DNA from: Torpedo marmorata
Lineage: Eukaryota
Reading direction: 5' to 3'
Assembly (NCBI GenBank): GCA_977017645.1
Contig: OZ360233.1
Span: 18,104,001 to 18,168,000, forward strand
DNA: 64,000 nt
The position numbers were made by a program, and so were the translations under genes. Positions within the stretch are counted from its first letter, which is position 1; every line of letters begins with the position of its first letter. Below the pieces are notes generated by a model. It did no database searches. It had not been told where the DNA came from and saw only the letters and a program-made list of their open reading frames with translations. Positions 48,195-61,737 of the stretch are shown here, piece after piece.

Positions 48195-50419
48195 AGATGC
48201 AGGTTCAATTTTAATCTTTAAGGAAAAGTTGGATAGGTATATGGACGAGATAGGTGTGGAGGGTTATGGGCCGGGTGCGGGTCAGTGGGACTAGGTGGGA
48301 GAATGTGTTCGGCATGGACTAGAAGGGCCGAACTGGCCTGTGTCTGTGCTGTAAATGTTATATGGTTATATATGGTGTGGGTAGGACAGGGGCGTGGCCC
48401 CTCGGCCTGTCCTTTCTAAAATCAACAAGCTCCTTGGTCTTGGTGTCATTAAGAAAAATGTTGTTTATACTCCAGGTGGAGCTACAACCCAATCCAATAA
48501 CTGCTCTTTTCGGGGTTATTGACCCAGACATAGGGAGTTTTTCTGTACCTGTTCAACGGGTTGTGTTCTTCTCTACATTGTTGGCTAGAAGAGCCATCCT
48601 ATTCAAAGGGAAAGACTCTAGACCTCCAACAGTGTTTCAATGGTTTTCTCATATTATGTCTTGTTTCAGCTTAGAAAAAATTAGATATCATGTATTTGAT
48701 TTATCGGTGAAATTTGAAGATACATGGCGACCTTTTATGTCTTATTTTCATATGATGTAAGTGTTTCTAATGTGATTAGATGTATTTGCTCTTCCTTTGC
48801 TTTTTAATTTACGGTAGGAACCAAAAATTACAAAATATATATAACCTTCAGGATAAGCTGCTCAGCTGTTTATTGTTAGTTTTTTTTAAATTAGAGTAGG
48901 TTAGGTGGTTTTCTAAAAATATATATACATATAATACTTTTGATTTTTTTCATTGTCACCTATTGCAGTGGAGGGCGGATCGAATTTATACTGTTTGAAG
49001 TTTTATTTTAATATATATACACATGTGATTTTGTATTTTCAATTTGTTTCCTTTCCTTCATTGTATTGTATTTCTTATTAAAATCAATAAAAAACATTGA
49101 AAAAGAGAGATTGTTGTTCTGGAACCACCCAACCAGGTTCGTGATTTCCATCCTGCATTCTGGCTCATCTTTTCCAGTTATTCACCCAACACTGGTGGTG
49201 TCGACATCTAATTTGTAGATTGAGTTGGAGCTGAACTTGGCTGCACAGTCATGGATGCCCATGGCATGGAGTGGGGGACAAAGCAGGCAGCCTTGGAGTG
49301 CTCCTGTGTTGATGGCCAGCGAGGAGGAGGTGATGTTGTTGATTAGCACTGTTTGGGTCTGACAAAGAGGAATTCAAAGATCCAGTCGCAGTGGGATGGA
49401 CAGAGTTCTAGATCCTTCAACTTGGTCATAGGCTTTGCAGGTATGAGGGTGTTGAACGCCGAGCTGTAGTCAATGAACAACAGCCCCACGAATGTGTTTC
49501 GGTGGTCCAGGTGATTTAATGCAGAGTGGAGAGTCAGCGATATTGCGCCGTCAGTTGACCCTTTGTGCTGATAGGTGAACTGAAGTGGGACAAGGTCCTT
49601 CCAGAGATAGGAGTAAATTCGCTCCATAACCAACCTCTGAAAACACTTCATCACAGTCGGTCAACTTTCTCTTCTTGGGCACGTCGGGGAGGGAGGAGAT
49701 TGGAAGCAAACACACCGAAATGCTGGAGGAACACAGCCGGTCTCGCAGAGTCCATAGGAGGGACAGATATCTAACCAACGTTTCGGCCTAAGCCCTTTTT
49801 CAAGGAATAAGCAAAGCGCAGGAAGGCATCAGAATAAAAACTGAAAAATGGCAGGTGGAGGAGTCCCGAATTACAGGTGTTAATTGGATATGGATGGAGG
49901 AGAAGTGAGAATTGATTTTGGCTCTGTGAAGGGAGACACAGGGAGAAGCGAAGAGACATAGACAGAGGCAGAGAGNNNNNNNNNNNNNNNNNNNNNNNNN
50001 NNNNNNNNNNNNNNNNNNNNNNNNNNNNNNNNNNNNNNNNNNNNNNNNNNNNNNNNNNNNNNNNNNNNNNNNNNNNNNNNNNNNNNNNNNNNNNNNNNNN
50101 NNNNNNNNNNAAAAGCGACAGGAGGAAGAACAACGGGGGATGTTTAACGAAACATTGAGAAGTCGATGTTCATGCGATATGGTTGGAGGTAGCCCAGACG
50201 GAAGATGAGGTGTTGTTCCTCCAATTTCCGCGTGGTCACTGTCTGGCAGTGCATGAGACCACGGACAGACATGTCAGAAAGTGAGTGGATCGGGGAATTC
50301 AAATGGGTGGCCACTGGGAGATCCACGCTTTTGCGGCGGAGAGAGCCGAGGTGTTCAACAAAGCGATCTCAGAGTCTGCGCCCAGTGTCTGCGATGTAGA
50401 GGAGACAAGAGCAGACTGG
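48195..50419. mobile_element. Unit 7 retroelement stack (CR1 tail, Rex1, nested L1 3' end, Penelope fragment)
   Basis: ORFs at 48362-48760 (+), 49343-49654 (-) and 50144-50326 (-). Confidence 0.8.
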
Positions 50420-50644
50420 AAACGAAGCAGGAGCGGGAAGGTCAGAGAAATACAACCAGAGAGAGTGCATTTAGACCTGCTCGTTTATATTGGTTCCAGC
50501 GCAGCGTCATCCAGAGGGAATGACCAATCCTGTGCGAGGGAAAGCCACCAATCTCGGAGCGGCGGCTGCTGCTGACGTGAAGTTGTAAATATAGCAGGAC
50601 ATCATGTGAGAAAATATTGTTCTTTTGACCTTCATTCGGACTCC

Positions 50645-51111
50645 ATGTCCCTCAAGAGGTACCTGCTGACTGTATGGGCCATTCTGGCAGGTGAGTCTCT
50701 GTCTGATCAGTCAGTGCGTCCCGCGGATTCAGCGCATCCCGTGCCGCTCACACACTCCGTGTTTCATTCCAGGCACGAGTGGGGATGAATCCGTGACCCA
50801 AGGACCTCCGGAAATAACGGCCGAGGAAAGACAGACCGTGCCACTGAGCTGTAGTTACTCGACGAGTCACGCCAATATTTTTGGTACCTTCAACATCTTG
50901 GAGAACCTCCCAAATATTTGGTGAAAATGTACAGCTCGGGAGAAGTGGTTCCGTCTCACGATTGTCCGGATCGGATGTCGGGATCTTTGGAGAAAAAGAG
51001 CCAGCGCTTTCACTTGACTATCTCTGGGGCTCTTGTGGAGGACTCCGCCGTGTATTTCTGCGCCATGTGGCAAACACTGTTCCTGGGCGATGACGGATCC
51101 GCACAAAAACT
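50645..51111 (+). pseudogene. TRAV: TCR V pseudogene B7 (same frameshift and broken heptamer as B5)
   Basis: 1-nt CDR1 deletion. Heptamer is AACACTG (51073). Confidence 0.87.
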
Positions 51112-51528
51112 CGATTTGAGAATGAGGAAGGTGCCGTACAGCGCCGCGATTTAGCCTTGCGTGAGAAAAGTCGTTTCTCTTCCTCCCCGATCCGAGAAAA
51201 ACGGGGATCAATGTGAACAGCGTTTTACCAGAGAGGAGCGGAGACAGGAAATGAAGGTGAAGAGAGTTAGCGAGAGATTGATAGAAATTGAGAGAGAGAG
51301 AAAGAGAGAGATTATGTTGAGCAGTGAGAGAGAGAGGGAGTGAATGGAAGAGGGAGGGATGTGATGGAGGAAGAGAGACGAAAACGCAAGGGAGAGTGAC
51401 AGAGAGCGGTACTGAGAGAGAGTACGATAGTGAGTGAATGAGGGATACATTGAGCGAGAAGGATGGGGAGTGAGCGGGAGTGGGTTCAGAGAGAGAGAGA
51501 GTGACAGACAGAGCGAGAGCGAGAGAGA

Positions 51529-51566
<38 letters not shown>

Positions 51567-51784
51567 TGTGGAATATACAAAGAGGCGGAGAAACGCGACA
51601 AGGACGGAGAATGGGAGACGGTCGCCATAAACTACCTGCTCAATGGTAGCGTCACCCTGACCTAACAAGAAATGCTGTGCGACAAAAACGGCCGGTGCGT
51701 CCCACGGGGTTGGATGCTCCTGACTTCACCCTATCTCGTATATCGGTGTAACCTGAGGAAATGTTCTTGTTTTGACCTACATTC

Positions 51785-52050
51785 TTGTCACTGAGCTGCA
51801 GTTACTTGATGAGTACCTGCGTACAGTTTTGGTACATTCAATATCCTGGAGAACCTCCCAGGTTTTGATGAAAATGTACAGCTGCGGCGATGTGGTTACG
51901 TCTCAGATTGCGGAAGAAGATGTCGGGTTTCTTTGAGACAAAGATCCAGAGGGTCCACTTGACTGTCTATGGGAAGCTTGAGTCGGACTCCGCCGTGTAT
52001 ATCTGCGTCGTGAAGCCCACTATTCCAAACCGATACCGGGTCATTATAAA
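51785..52050 (+). pseudogene. TCR V pseudogene C7 (5' deleted)
   Basis: Same deletion as C3 and C5. Confidence 0.82.
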
Positions 52051-52933
52051 ACCAAATCAAAATGGGCAGTGCCACCAGGGGGCGTGCTCTTCCCCCAACA
52101 CATTGCGGACCAGTGCACAGGACGGAGTCGGCAACTGTGCCTCCGGGCGAGAGTCGTCTCTAAAATGCAGCGCAGAGGTTGAGCCTCGCGTGATCAACGA
52201 CGTTTGTCTCACTCTCTGTTCCGAGGCGGAGGGGAGGAATTGAGAGAAAAGCACGGAATCTGGTGGTCCGCCTTTTGCGAGAGAGGGGGAGAGACAGGAT
52301 CTGCTGAGAAAGGGAGTGAGCGAAAGGGTGAAAGAAATTCAGTAGAAAGAAGGTGAGGAGTGAGAGAGAGTGAATGATAGAGAGAGATCGTGATTGACGA
52401 AGAGAGATATCACAGGAGGGAGGCAGTGGGGAGGGAGTGGTAAGTAAGGAAGAGTGTGAAAATTATTTAATGAAGGAGACATTGAGAGTGCCAGAGCGGG
52501 AGAGGGACAGAGGGAATGTGTGACAGTGGGAGAAAGAGATTGAAGGGAGGGGAGCGATAGGCACTGCTCTCGAAAGATTACATAAGTGTAAGACGGAGTC
52601 ACGTAGAGGTAGGAAGCTTAACAGAACGCGAGAAGGGGCGTGAGGGTGCAGGAAAACGAGTGAAGTTGATGGAAAGGGCCGAACGAGAGAAAAGAAGAGA
52701 GAGACGTGGGGAGTGCAAATATAGGTGGAGAAACACGTCCGAAAAAGTAGGAGAATGAGAAACGGCCAACATTAACAACCAGTTTTCATTGGTTCAACAA
52801 GGGCGCTCTCTTGAGCCTATGTAAGAGTAGGGCGCCCTCCTGTGTGTCCCAGAGGACGGGCTGCTACTAACGAGACCCCATTGTCTGATATCGGGGCAGA
52901 ATATGGAAATATTCGGCTGTTCACCTTCATTCT

Positions 52934-53395
52934 GGCTTCCTCACCATCCAGCAGTTTGCTGATTCTATGGGCCGTTCTGCTTGGCGAGTCTCTGTCTGAT
53001 TGGTCAGCGCGTGTCCCTCCCGGCTCAGCGCAATTCCTCGCATATCACACACTGCGTGTTTCATTCCAGGCACAAATGTGGAAAACTAGTGACCCACGGA
53101 CAGATGGAACGGATGGCCGCGGGAAGTGTCGCTGAGCTCATGTCAGCCGAAAAAGGTTACCGTATGTTTTTGGTACATTCAAATTCCCGTGGGGACTTGG
53201 ATATATTTGCTGAAAATCTACAGCGCAGGAGATGAGGTTCCGTGTCACGATTGTCCGGACAGGATGACGGGTTCCTTGGAGAAAAGGGGCCGGATACCTT
53301 AATATCTCCAAAGCTCTTGAAGCGGACGTGGCCGTTTATGTCTGCGTGGTGCGGCTCACACTGTTCCTGGGATATTACGGAGACGCACAAAAGCT
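52934..53395 (+). pseudogene. TCR V pseudogene D7
   Basis: No ATG, frameshifts. RSS is CACACTG (53357), 23 nt, ACAAAAGCT. Confidence 0.85.
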
Positions 53396-53815
53396 CATTC
53401 TGAGATGGGAAGTGGTTTGAGAGAAAATGGCAGAAAGAAGACGGGAGAGCGTGTTAAGGTTTGCGAAAAGTTAAGCAGGTGAAAACGTGAGACAGAGTGA
53501 GGTAGAGCAATAGAACGAAAGAAGGGGAGAGAGGGTGGAGTGAGTGAAAGCGAGGGAGGAGATACACAGATGGAAGGAGAAAGATGCGGGGAGTGTACAG
53601 ATAGAGGGTGATATTTGCGTGAAGGACCGGGAACGAGATGCAGACTGTCTTATCAACCAGGTCTGATTTGTTCAATAATGGCCACTCGAACCAATCCTCT
53701 GTGAGGGAAACACTCACATATCTGTCCTTGGCGTTGGTTCGCTCATAACATCGCCCCGCCCCTTGTATAGCGGTAACACAAAGAAATATTCGATTTTGAC
53801 CTTAATCCGCGTACC

Positions 53816-53861
53816 ATGTCCTCCCTGAGTTGTTTGCTGATTCTGTGGGCCGTTCTGACTG
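53816..53861 (+). other. Orphan leader exon E8
   Basis: 46-nt open exon, GTGAGT donor. Confidence 0.8.
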
Positions 53862-54214
53862 GTGAGTCTGTCTGATTGGTCAGCGACGTCTGTCCTTCGT
53901 CCTTGCTCTACGAGTCTCACTCTTTAACTTAATTAAAGGTGGACAATTTCCCCAAGTCATACCCTCTCCGTCGCACGTTCTCCCACCGTTTACTCATTTA
54001 CACACTTTCTGTTTACTGAACTTCCTCACGGTCGCTCTGTCGCTCTATCGCTGTCGCTCTATCTCTCTCTCTCTCTCTCGCTCCTCGCCGTTCTCGTGAG
54101 AGGGAAACGGCCCGTGTCTCCAAAAGAGTTTCTGCTACTTCCGACGTGAATTTGCGCTCTTCTATCGGGCGAGCATTTGTAAAATATTCTTCCTTCGAAT
54201 TTAATCCGGGCATC

Positions 54215-54679
54215 ATGTTCCTCCTTTGTCGTTCGCTGATTCTATGGGCCGTTCTGCCTGGTGAGACTGACTGATCAACACGTGTCCCGCGGGGTCAGTG
54301 CCGTTTCGCGCAGTTCACACATTCTGTCTTTTGTTCCAGGGTCCAGTGGGAACGATTCAGTGACCCAAGAACCCCCGGAATTGATTGTCAACGAAGGGCA
54401 GATCGTATCACTGAGCTGCAGTTACTCGATTAATCCCGCTGCATTTTTTTGGTATATTCAACGTCCTGGAGAATCTCCCAAATATTTGCTGAAAATCTAC
54501 ACGTCAGGGGATGTGGTTCCGTCTCCCGATTGTCCGGAGAGGATATCGGGTTCATTGAAGAAAAAGAGCCAGACATTCCACCTCAATAACTCGAAAACCC
54601 GTGTGGAGGATTCTGCCGTGTATCTCTGCGCCGTGAAGCTCACACTGTTCCAGGGCGGAGGCAGATCCGCACAAAAACT
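54215..54679 (+). CDS. TRAV: TCR V segment A8 (leader 54215-54260, V exon 54340-54640, 23-RSS)
   Basis: Open frame. RSS is CACACTG (54641), 23 nt, ACAAAAACT. Confidence 0.87.
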
Positions 54680-54969
54680 CACCTCGAGACATTGAATCGG
54701 ACCCTATGGCTAGGGGGCGCTCTCGGTCACGCAATGGAAGCGACTACACGACGTTCCTGGAGAGTCTGCTGCAACACCGAGATGCAGGAGATTTCCCCTC
54801 CTCTGAGCGTTTCTCTTTCTCTGCGTCCTCAGTGTCTGATTCCGTAATTTGAGGTGGAAGGTAGGAAGTCAGGGAGAGAGAAGGAAATGGATAGCTGTTT
54901 CCAATAATATTGTAGGAAAAGGGAAGGAGTGTTCTTGTGATGGAAATTGAGAAATTATAAAAAGTGGTG

Positions 54970-57010
54970 TTGGTAGGACAGGAGCGTGGCCCCTCGGCCT
55001 GTCCTTCCTAAAATCAACAAGCACCTTGGTCTTGGTGTCATTAAGAAAAAGATTGTTTATGCTCCAGGTGGAGCTACGACCCAATCCAATAACTGCGCTT
55101 TTCGGGGTTATTGACCCTGACATAGGGAGTTTTTCTGTACCTGTTCAACGGGTTGTGGCCTTCTCTACATTGTTGGCTCGGAGAGCCATCCCATTGAAAT
55201 GGAAAGACTCTAGATCTCCAACAGTGGTTCAATATTTTCCTCGTAATTATGTCTTGTTTAAGCTTAGAAAAAAATTAGATATTATGTATTTGATTCATCG
55301 GTGAAATTTGAAGATACATGGCGACCTTTTATGTCTTATTTTCATATGATGTAAGTGTTTCTAATGTGATTAGATGTATTTACTCTTCCTTTGTTTTTTG
55401 ATTTACGGTACGAACCAAAAATTACAAAATATATTTACCCGTCAGGATAAGCTGCTCAGCTGTTCTTTGTTAGTTGCTTTTTTAAAAAATTAGTGTAGGT
55501 TCGGTGGTTTTTTTTAAATATATAATACTTTTGCTTTAAAAAAAATTGTCACCTATTGCAGTGGAGGGGAGATCGAATTTATACTGTTTGAAGTTTTATT
55601 TTAATATTTATAAATATGTGATATTGTATTTTCAATTTCGTTCCCTTTTCTTCATTTTATTGTATTTCTTATAAAAATAAAAAGATTGAAACAGAAAGAT
55701 TGTTGTCCTGGAACCACCCAACCAGGTTCGTGATTTCCATCCTGCATTCTGGCTCATCTTTTCCAGTTATTCACCCAACACTGGTGGTGTCGACATCTAA
55801 TTTGTAGATTGAGTTGGAGCTGAACTTGGCTGCACAGTCATGGATGCCCATGGCATGGAGTGGGGGACAAAGCAGGCAGCCTTGGAGTGCTCCTGAGTTG
55901 ATGGTCAGCGAGGAGGAGGTGATGTGGTTGATCAACACTGTTTGGGTCTGACAAAGAGGAATTCAAAGATCCAGTCGCAGTGGGATGGACAGAGTTCTAG
56001 ATCCTTCGGCTTGGTCATAGGCATTGCAGGTATGAGGGTGTTGAACGCCGAGCTGCAGTCAATGAGCAACAGCCCCACGAATGTGTTTCGGTGGTCCAGT
56101 TGATTTAATGCAGAGTGGAGAGTCAGCGATATTGCGCCGTCAGTTGACCTTTTGTGCCGATAGGTGAACTGAAGTGGGACAAGGTCCTTCCAGAGATAGG
56201 AGTAAATTCGCTCCATAACCAACCTCTGAAAACATTTCATCACAGTCGGTCAACTTGCTCTTCTTGGGCAAGTCGGGGAGGGAGGAGATTGGAAGCAAAT
56301 ACACACCGAAATGCTGGAGGAACACAGCCGGTCTCGCAGCGTCCATAGGAGGAACAGATATCTAACCAACGTTTCCGCCTAAGCCTTTTTTCAAGAAATA
56401 AGCAAAGCTCAGGAAGGCGTCAGAATAAAAACTGACGACTGGCAGGGTCAGGAGTCCAGAATAACAGGTGTTAATTGGATATGGATGGAGGAGAAGTGAG
56501 AAGAGATTTTGGCTCTGTGAAGGGAGACAGAGGGAAAAGCGAAGANNNNNNNNNNNNNNNNNNNNNNNNNNNNNNNNNNNNNNNNNNNNNNNNNNNNNNN
56601 NNNNNNNNNNNNNNNNNNNNNNNNNNNNNNNNNNNNNNNNNNNNNNNNNNNNNNNNNNNNNNNNNNNNNNNNNNNNNNNNNNNNNNNNNNNGATCTGGGG
56701 GAAAAGCGACAGGAGGAAATAGAACGGGGGATGTTTAACGAAAAATTGAGAAGTCGATATTAATGCCATCCGGTTGGAAGGTGCCCAGACGGAAGATGAG
56801 GTGTTGTTCCTCCAATTTCCACGTGGTCACAGTCTAGCAGTGCATGAGACCATGGACAGACATGTTAGAAAATGAGTGGATTGGGGAATTGAAATGGGTG
56901 GCCACTGGGAGATCCACGCGTTTACGCTGGAGAGAGCCGAGGTGCTCAACAAAGCGATCTCAGAGTCTGCGCCCGGTATCTGCGATGTAGAGGAGACAAG
57001 AGCAGACTGG
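54970..57010. mobile_element. Unit 8 retroelement stack (Rex1, nested L1 3' end, Penelope fragment)
   Basis: RT ORF at 55932-56243 (-). No CR1 tail. Confidence 0.8.
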
Positions 57011-57235
57011 AAACGAAGCATGTACGGGAAGGGCAGAGAAAGACAACCAGAGAGACTGCATTTAGACCTGCTCGTTTATATTGGTTCCAGCGCAGCGTCA
57101 TCCAGAGGGAATGACCAATCCTGTGCGAGGAAAAGCCACCAATCTCGGAGCGGCAGCTGCTGCTGACGTGAAGTTGTAAATATAGCAGGACATCATGTGA
57201 GAAAATATTGTTCTTTTGACCTTCATTCGGGCATC

Positions 57236-57704
57236 ATGTCCCTCAAGAAGTACCTGCTGATTGTTTGGGCCATTCTGGCAGGTGAGTCTCTGTCTGATCA
57301 GTCAGTGCGTCCCGCGGATTCAGCGCAATCCCGTGCCGCTCACACACTCCGTGTTTCATTCCAGGCACGAGTGGGGAGGAATCCGTGACCCAAGGACCGC
57401 CGGAAATGAAGGCGGAGGGAAGACAGACCGTGCCACTGAGGTGCAGTTATTCGACGAGTCAATCCGCATATTTTTGGTACCTTCAACATCTTGGAGAACC
57501 TCCCAAATATTTGCTGAAAATGTACAGCTCGGGAGAAGTGGTTCCGTCTCACGATTGTCCGGATCGGATGTCGGGTTCTTTGGAGAAAAAGAGCCAGCGC
57601 TTTCACTTGACTATCTCTGGGGCTCTTGTGGAGGACTCCGCCACGTATTTCTGCGCCGTGCGGCCCACACTGTTCCTGGGCGATGACGGATCCGCACAAA
57701 AACT
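57236..57704 (+). CDS. TRAV: TCR V segment B8 (leader 57236-57281, V exon 57365-57665, 23-RSS)
   Basis: Open frame ESVTQGPPEMKAEGRQTVPLRCSYS..YFCAVR. RSS is CACACTG (57666), 23 nt, ACAAAAACT. Confidence 0.88.
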
Positions 57705-58388
57705 CGTTTTGAGAATGAGGAAGGTGCCGTGCAGCGCCGCGATTTACCCTTGCGTGCGCATAGGCGATTATGTTCCTCCCCGTTCCGAGAAAAACGGGGA
57801 TCAATGTGAACAGCGTTTTACCAGAGAGGAACGGAGACAGGAAATAAAGGGAAAGAGAGTTAGCGAGAGATTGATAGAAATTGAGAGAGAGAGAGAGGAA
57901 GAGAGATATTAATTTGAGCAGTGAGAGAGAGAGGGAGTGAATGGAAGAGGGAGTGATGTGATGGACGAAGAGAGACGAAAACGCAAGGGATGGTGACAGA
58001 GAGCGGTACTGAGAGAGAGTATGATAGTGAGTGAATGAGGGATACATTGAGCGAGGAGGATGGGGAGTGAGCGGGAGTGGGTTCAGAAAGAGAGTGAGAG
58101 AGGGAGAGAGACAGAGAGAGAGTGAGAGCGAGAGAGAGAGAGAGAAAGAGAGAGAGTGAGAGATGTGGAGTATACAGAGAGGCGGAGAAACGCGAGAAGG
58201 ACGGAGAATGGGAGCCGGTCGGCATTAACAACCTGCTCAATGGCAGCGTCAACCTGACCCAACAAGAAATGCTGTGCGACGAAAACGACCGGTGCGTCCC
58301 ACGGGGTTGGATGCTCCTGACTTCACCCCATCTCGTATATCGGGGTAACATGAGGAAATGTTCTTCTTTTGACTTACACTCGGGCACC

Positions 58389-58830
58389 ATGTACCCCCTG
58401 ATTTGTTTGCTGATTCTATCGGCCGTTCTGCCTGGTGAGTGTCTCTATGGTTTATCAGCACGAGTCCGCCCGGTTCAGCGATTCTGTTTCGTTCTCGAAA
58501 TGATTGGGGAAGTTTATGTAACCTATGGACCGCCGGAACGCATGACAGAGGAATTACAGACCGTGTCACTGAGCTGCAGTTATTTGATGAGTACCTCCGC
58601 ACAGTTTTGGTACATTCAATATCCTGGAGAACCTCCCAGATTTTGATGAAAATGTAAAACTGCGGCGATGTGGTTACGCCTCAAGATTGCGGAAGAAGAT
58701 GTCAGGTTTCTTTGAGACAAAGAGCCAGAGGGTCCACACTGACTGTCTACGGGACGCTTGAGTCGGACTCCGCCGTGTATATCTGCGTCGTGAAGCCCAC
58801 TATTCCAGAGCGATGGCGGGTCCGTATAAA
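58389..58830 (+). pseudogene. TCR V pseudogene C8
   Basis: Same lesions as C1. Confidence 0.85.
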
Positions 58831-59713
58831 ACGAAATTGAAATGGTCAGTGCCACCAGGGGGCGTGCTCTTCCCCCAACACAGTGCGGACCAGTGCAGAG
58901 GACGGAGTCGGCAACTGTGCCTCCGGGCGAGAGTCGTCTCTAAAATGCAGCGCAGAGGTTGATCCTCGCGTGATCAAGGACGTTTGTCTCACTCTCTGTT
59001 CCGAGGCGGAGGGGAGGAATTGAGAGAAAAGCGCGGAATCTGGTGCTCCCCCTTTTGCGAGAGAGGGGGAGAGACAGGATCTGCTGAGAAAGGGAGTGAG
59101 CGAAAGGGTGAAAGAAATTCAGTAGAAAGAAGGTGAGGAGTGAGAGAGAGTGAATGATAGAGAGAGATCGTGATTGACGAAGAGAGATATCCCAGGAGAG
59201 AGGCAGTGGGGAGGGAGTGGTAAGTAAGGAAGAGTGTGAAAATTATTTAATGAAGGAGACATTGAGAGTGCAAGAGCGGGAGAGGGACAGAGGGAATGTG
59301 TGACAGTGGGAGAAAGAGATTGAAGGGAGGGGAGCGATAGGCACTGCTCTCGAAAGATTAAATAAGTGTAAGACGGAGTCGGGTAGAGGTAGGAAGCTTA
59401 ACAGAACGCGAGAAGGGGCGTGAAGGTACAGGAAAACGAGTGAAGGTGCTGGAAAGGGCGGAACGAGAGAAAAGAAGAGAGAGACGTGGGGAGTGTAAAT
59501 ATAGGTGGCGAAACACGTCCGAAAAAGACCGAGAATGAGAAACGGCCAACATTAACAACCAGTTTTCATTGGTTCAACAAGGGCGCTCTCTTGAGCCCAT
59601 GTGCGAGGAGGGCGCCCTCCTGTGTGTCCCAGAGGACGGGCCGCTACTAACGAGACCCCACTGTCTTATATCGGGGCAGAATATAGAAACATTCGGCTGT
59701 TCACCTTCATTCT

Positions 59714-60175
59714 GTCTTCCTCACCATCCAGTAGTTTGCTGATTCTATGGGCCGTTCTGCTTGGCGAGTCTCTGTCTGATTGGTCAGCGCGTGTCCCTCC
59801 CGGCTCAGCGCAGTTCCTCGCATATCACATACTGCGTGTTTCATTGCAGGCACAAATGTGGAAATCTAGTGACCGACGGACCGATGGAACGGATGGCCGC
59901 AGGAAGTGTCGCTGAGCTCTAGTTACCCGAAAAAGGCGACCGTATGTTTTTGGTACATTCAAATTCCCGTGGGGACTTGGATATATTTGCTGAAAATGTA
60001 CAGCGCAGGAGATGAGGTTCCGTGTCACGATTGTCCGGACAGGATAACGGGTTCCTTGGAGAAAAGCGGCCGGATACCTTAATATCTCCAAGGCTCCTGA
60101 AGCGGACTTGGCCGTTTATGTCTGCGCGGTGCGGCTCACACTGTTCCTGGGATATTGCGGAGAGGCACAAAAGCT
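59714..60175 (+). pseudogene. TCR V pseudogene D8
   Basis: No ATG, frameshifts. RSS is CACACTG (60137), 23 nt, ACAAAAGCT. Confidence 0.85.
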
Positions 60176-60595
60176 CATTCTGAGATGGGAAGTGGTTTGA
60201 GAGAAAATGGCAGAAAGAAGACGGGAGAACGTGTTAAGGATTGCGAAAAGTTAAGCAGGTGAAAACGTGAGACAGAGTGAGGTAGAGCAATAGAACGAAA
60301 GAAGGGGAGTGAGAATGGAGTGAGTGAAAGGGAGGGAAGAGATACACAGATGGAAGGAGAAAGATGCGGGGAGTGTACAGATGGAGGGTGAAATTTGCGT
60401 GAAGGACCGGGAACGAGATGCAGACTGTCTTATCAACTCGGTCTGATTGGTTCAATAATGGCCACTCGAACCAATCCTGTGTGAGGGAAACACTCACATA
60501 TCTGTCCAAGGCGTTGGTTCGCTCTTAACATCGCCCCACCCCTTGTATAGCGGTAACACAAAGAACTATTCGATTTTAACCTTAATCCGCGTACC

Positions 60596-60641
60596 ATGTC
60601 CTCCCTGAGTTGTTTGCTGATTCTGTGGGCCGTTCTGACTG
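60596..60641 (+). other. Orphan leader exon E9
   Basis: 46-nt open exon, GTGAGT donor. Confidence 0.8.
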
Positions 60642-60994
60642 GTGAGTCTGTCTGATTGGTCAGCGACGACTGTCCATCGTCCTTGCTCTACGAGTCTCAC
60701 TCTTTAACTTAATTAAAGGTGGACAATTCCCCCAAGTCAAACCCTCTTCGTCGCACGTTCTCCCACCGTTTACTCATTTACACACTCTCTGTTTACTGGA
60801 CTTCCACACGGTCGCTCTGTCGCTCTATCTCTGTCGCTCTGTCTCTCTCTCTCTCTCTCGCTCCTCGCCGTTCTCGTGAGAGGGAAACGGCCCGTGTCTC
60901 CAAAAGAGTTTCTGCTGCTTCCGACGTGAATTTGCGCTCTTCCATCGGGCGAGGATTTGTAAAATATCCTTCCTTCGAATTTAATCCGGGCATC

Positions 60995-61459
60995 ATGTTC
61001 CTCCTTTGTCGTTCGCTGATTCTATGGGCCGTTCTGCCTGGTGAGACTGATTGATCAATACGTGTCCCGCGGGGTCAGTGCCGTTTCGCGCCGTTCACAC
61101 ATTCTGTCTTTTGTTCCAGGGGCCAGTGGGAACGATTCAGTGACCCAAGAACCCCCGGAATTGATTGTCAATGAAGGGCAGATCGTATCACTGAGCTGCA
61201 GTTACTCGAAAAATCCCGATGCATGTTTTTGGTACATTCAACGTCCTGGAGAATCTCCCAAATATTTGCTGAAAATCGACACGTCAGGAGATGTGGTTCC
61301 GTCTCCCGATTGTCCGGAGAGGATATCGGGTTCATTGGAGAAAAAGAGCCAGAGATCCCACCTCAATAACTCGAAAACCCTTGTGGAGGATTCTGCCGTG
61401 TATCTCTGCGCCGTGAAGCTCACACTGTTCCAGGTCGGTGGCAGATCCGCACAAAAACT
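60995..61459 (+). CDS. TRAV: TCR V segment A9 (leader 60995-61040, V exon 61120-61420, 23-RSS)
   Basis: Open frame with an extra Cys at the end of CDR1 (PDACFWY). RSS is CACACTG (61421), 23 nt, ACAAAAACT. Confidence 0.85.
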
Positions 61460-61737
61460 CACCTCGAGACATTGAATCGGACCCTATGGCTAGGGGGCGC
61501 TCTCGGCCACGCAATGGAAGCGACTACACGACGTTCCTGGAGAGTCTGCTGAAAAGTGCAACGCCGAGTTGCAGGAGATTTGTCCTCCTATGAGCGTTTC
61601 TCTTTCTCTGCCTCCTCTGTGTCCGATTCGTTAGTTTGAGGTGGAAGGTAGGAAGTCAGGGAAAGAGAAAGAAATGGATAGCTGGAAAAGGGAAGTCGTG
61701 TTCTTTTGACGGAAATTGAGAGATTAAAAAAAGTGGT

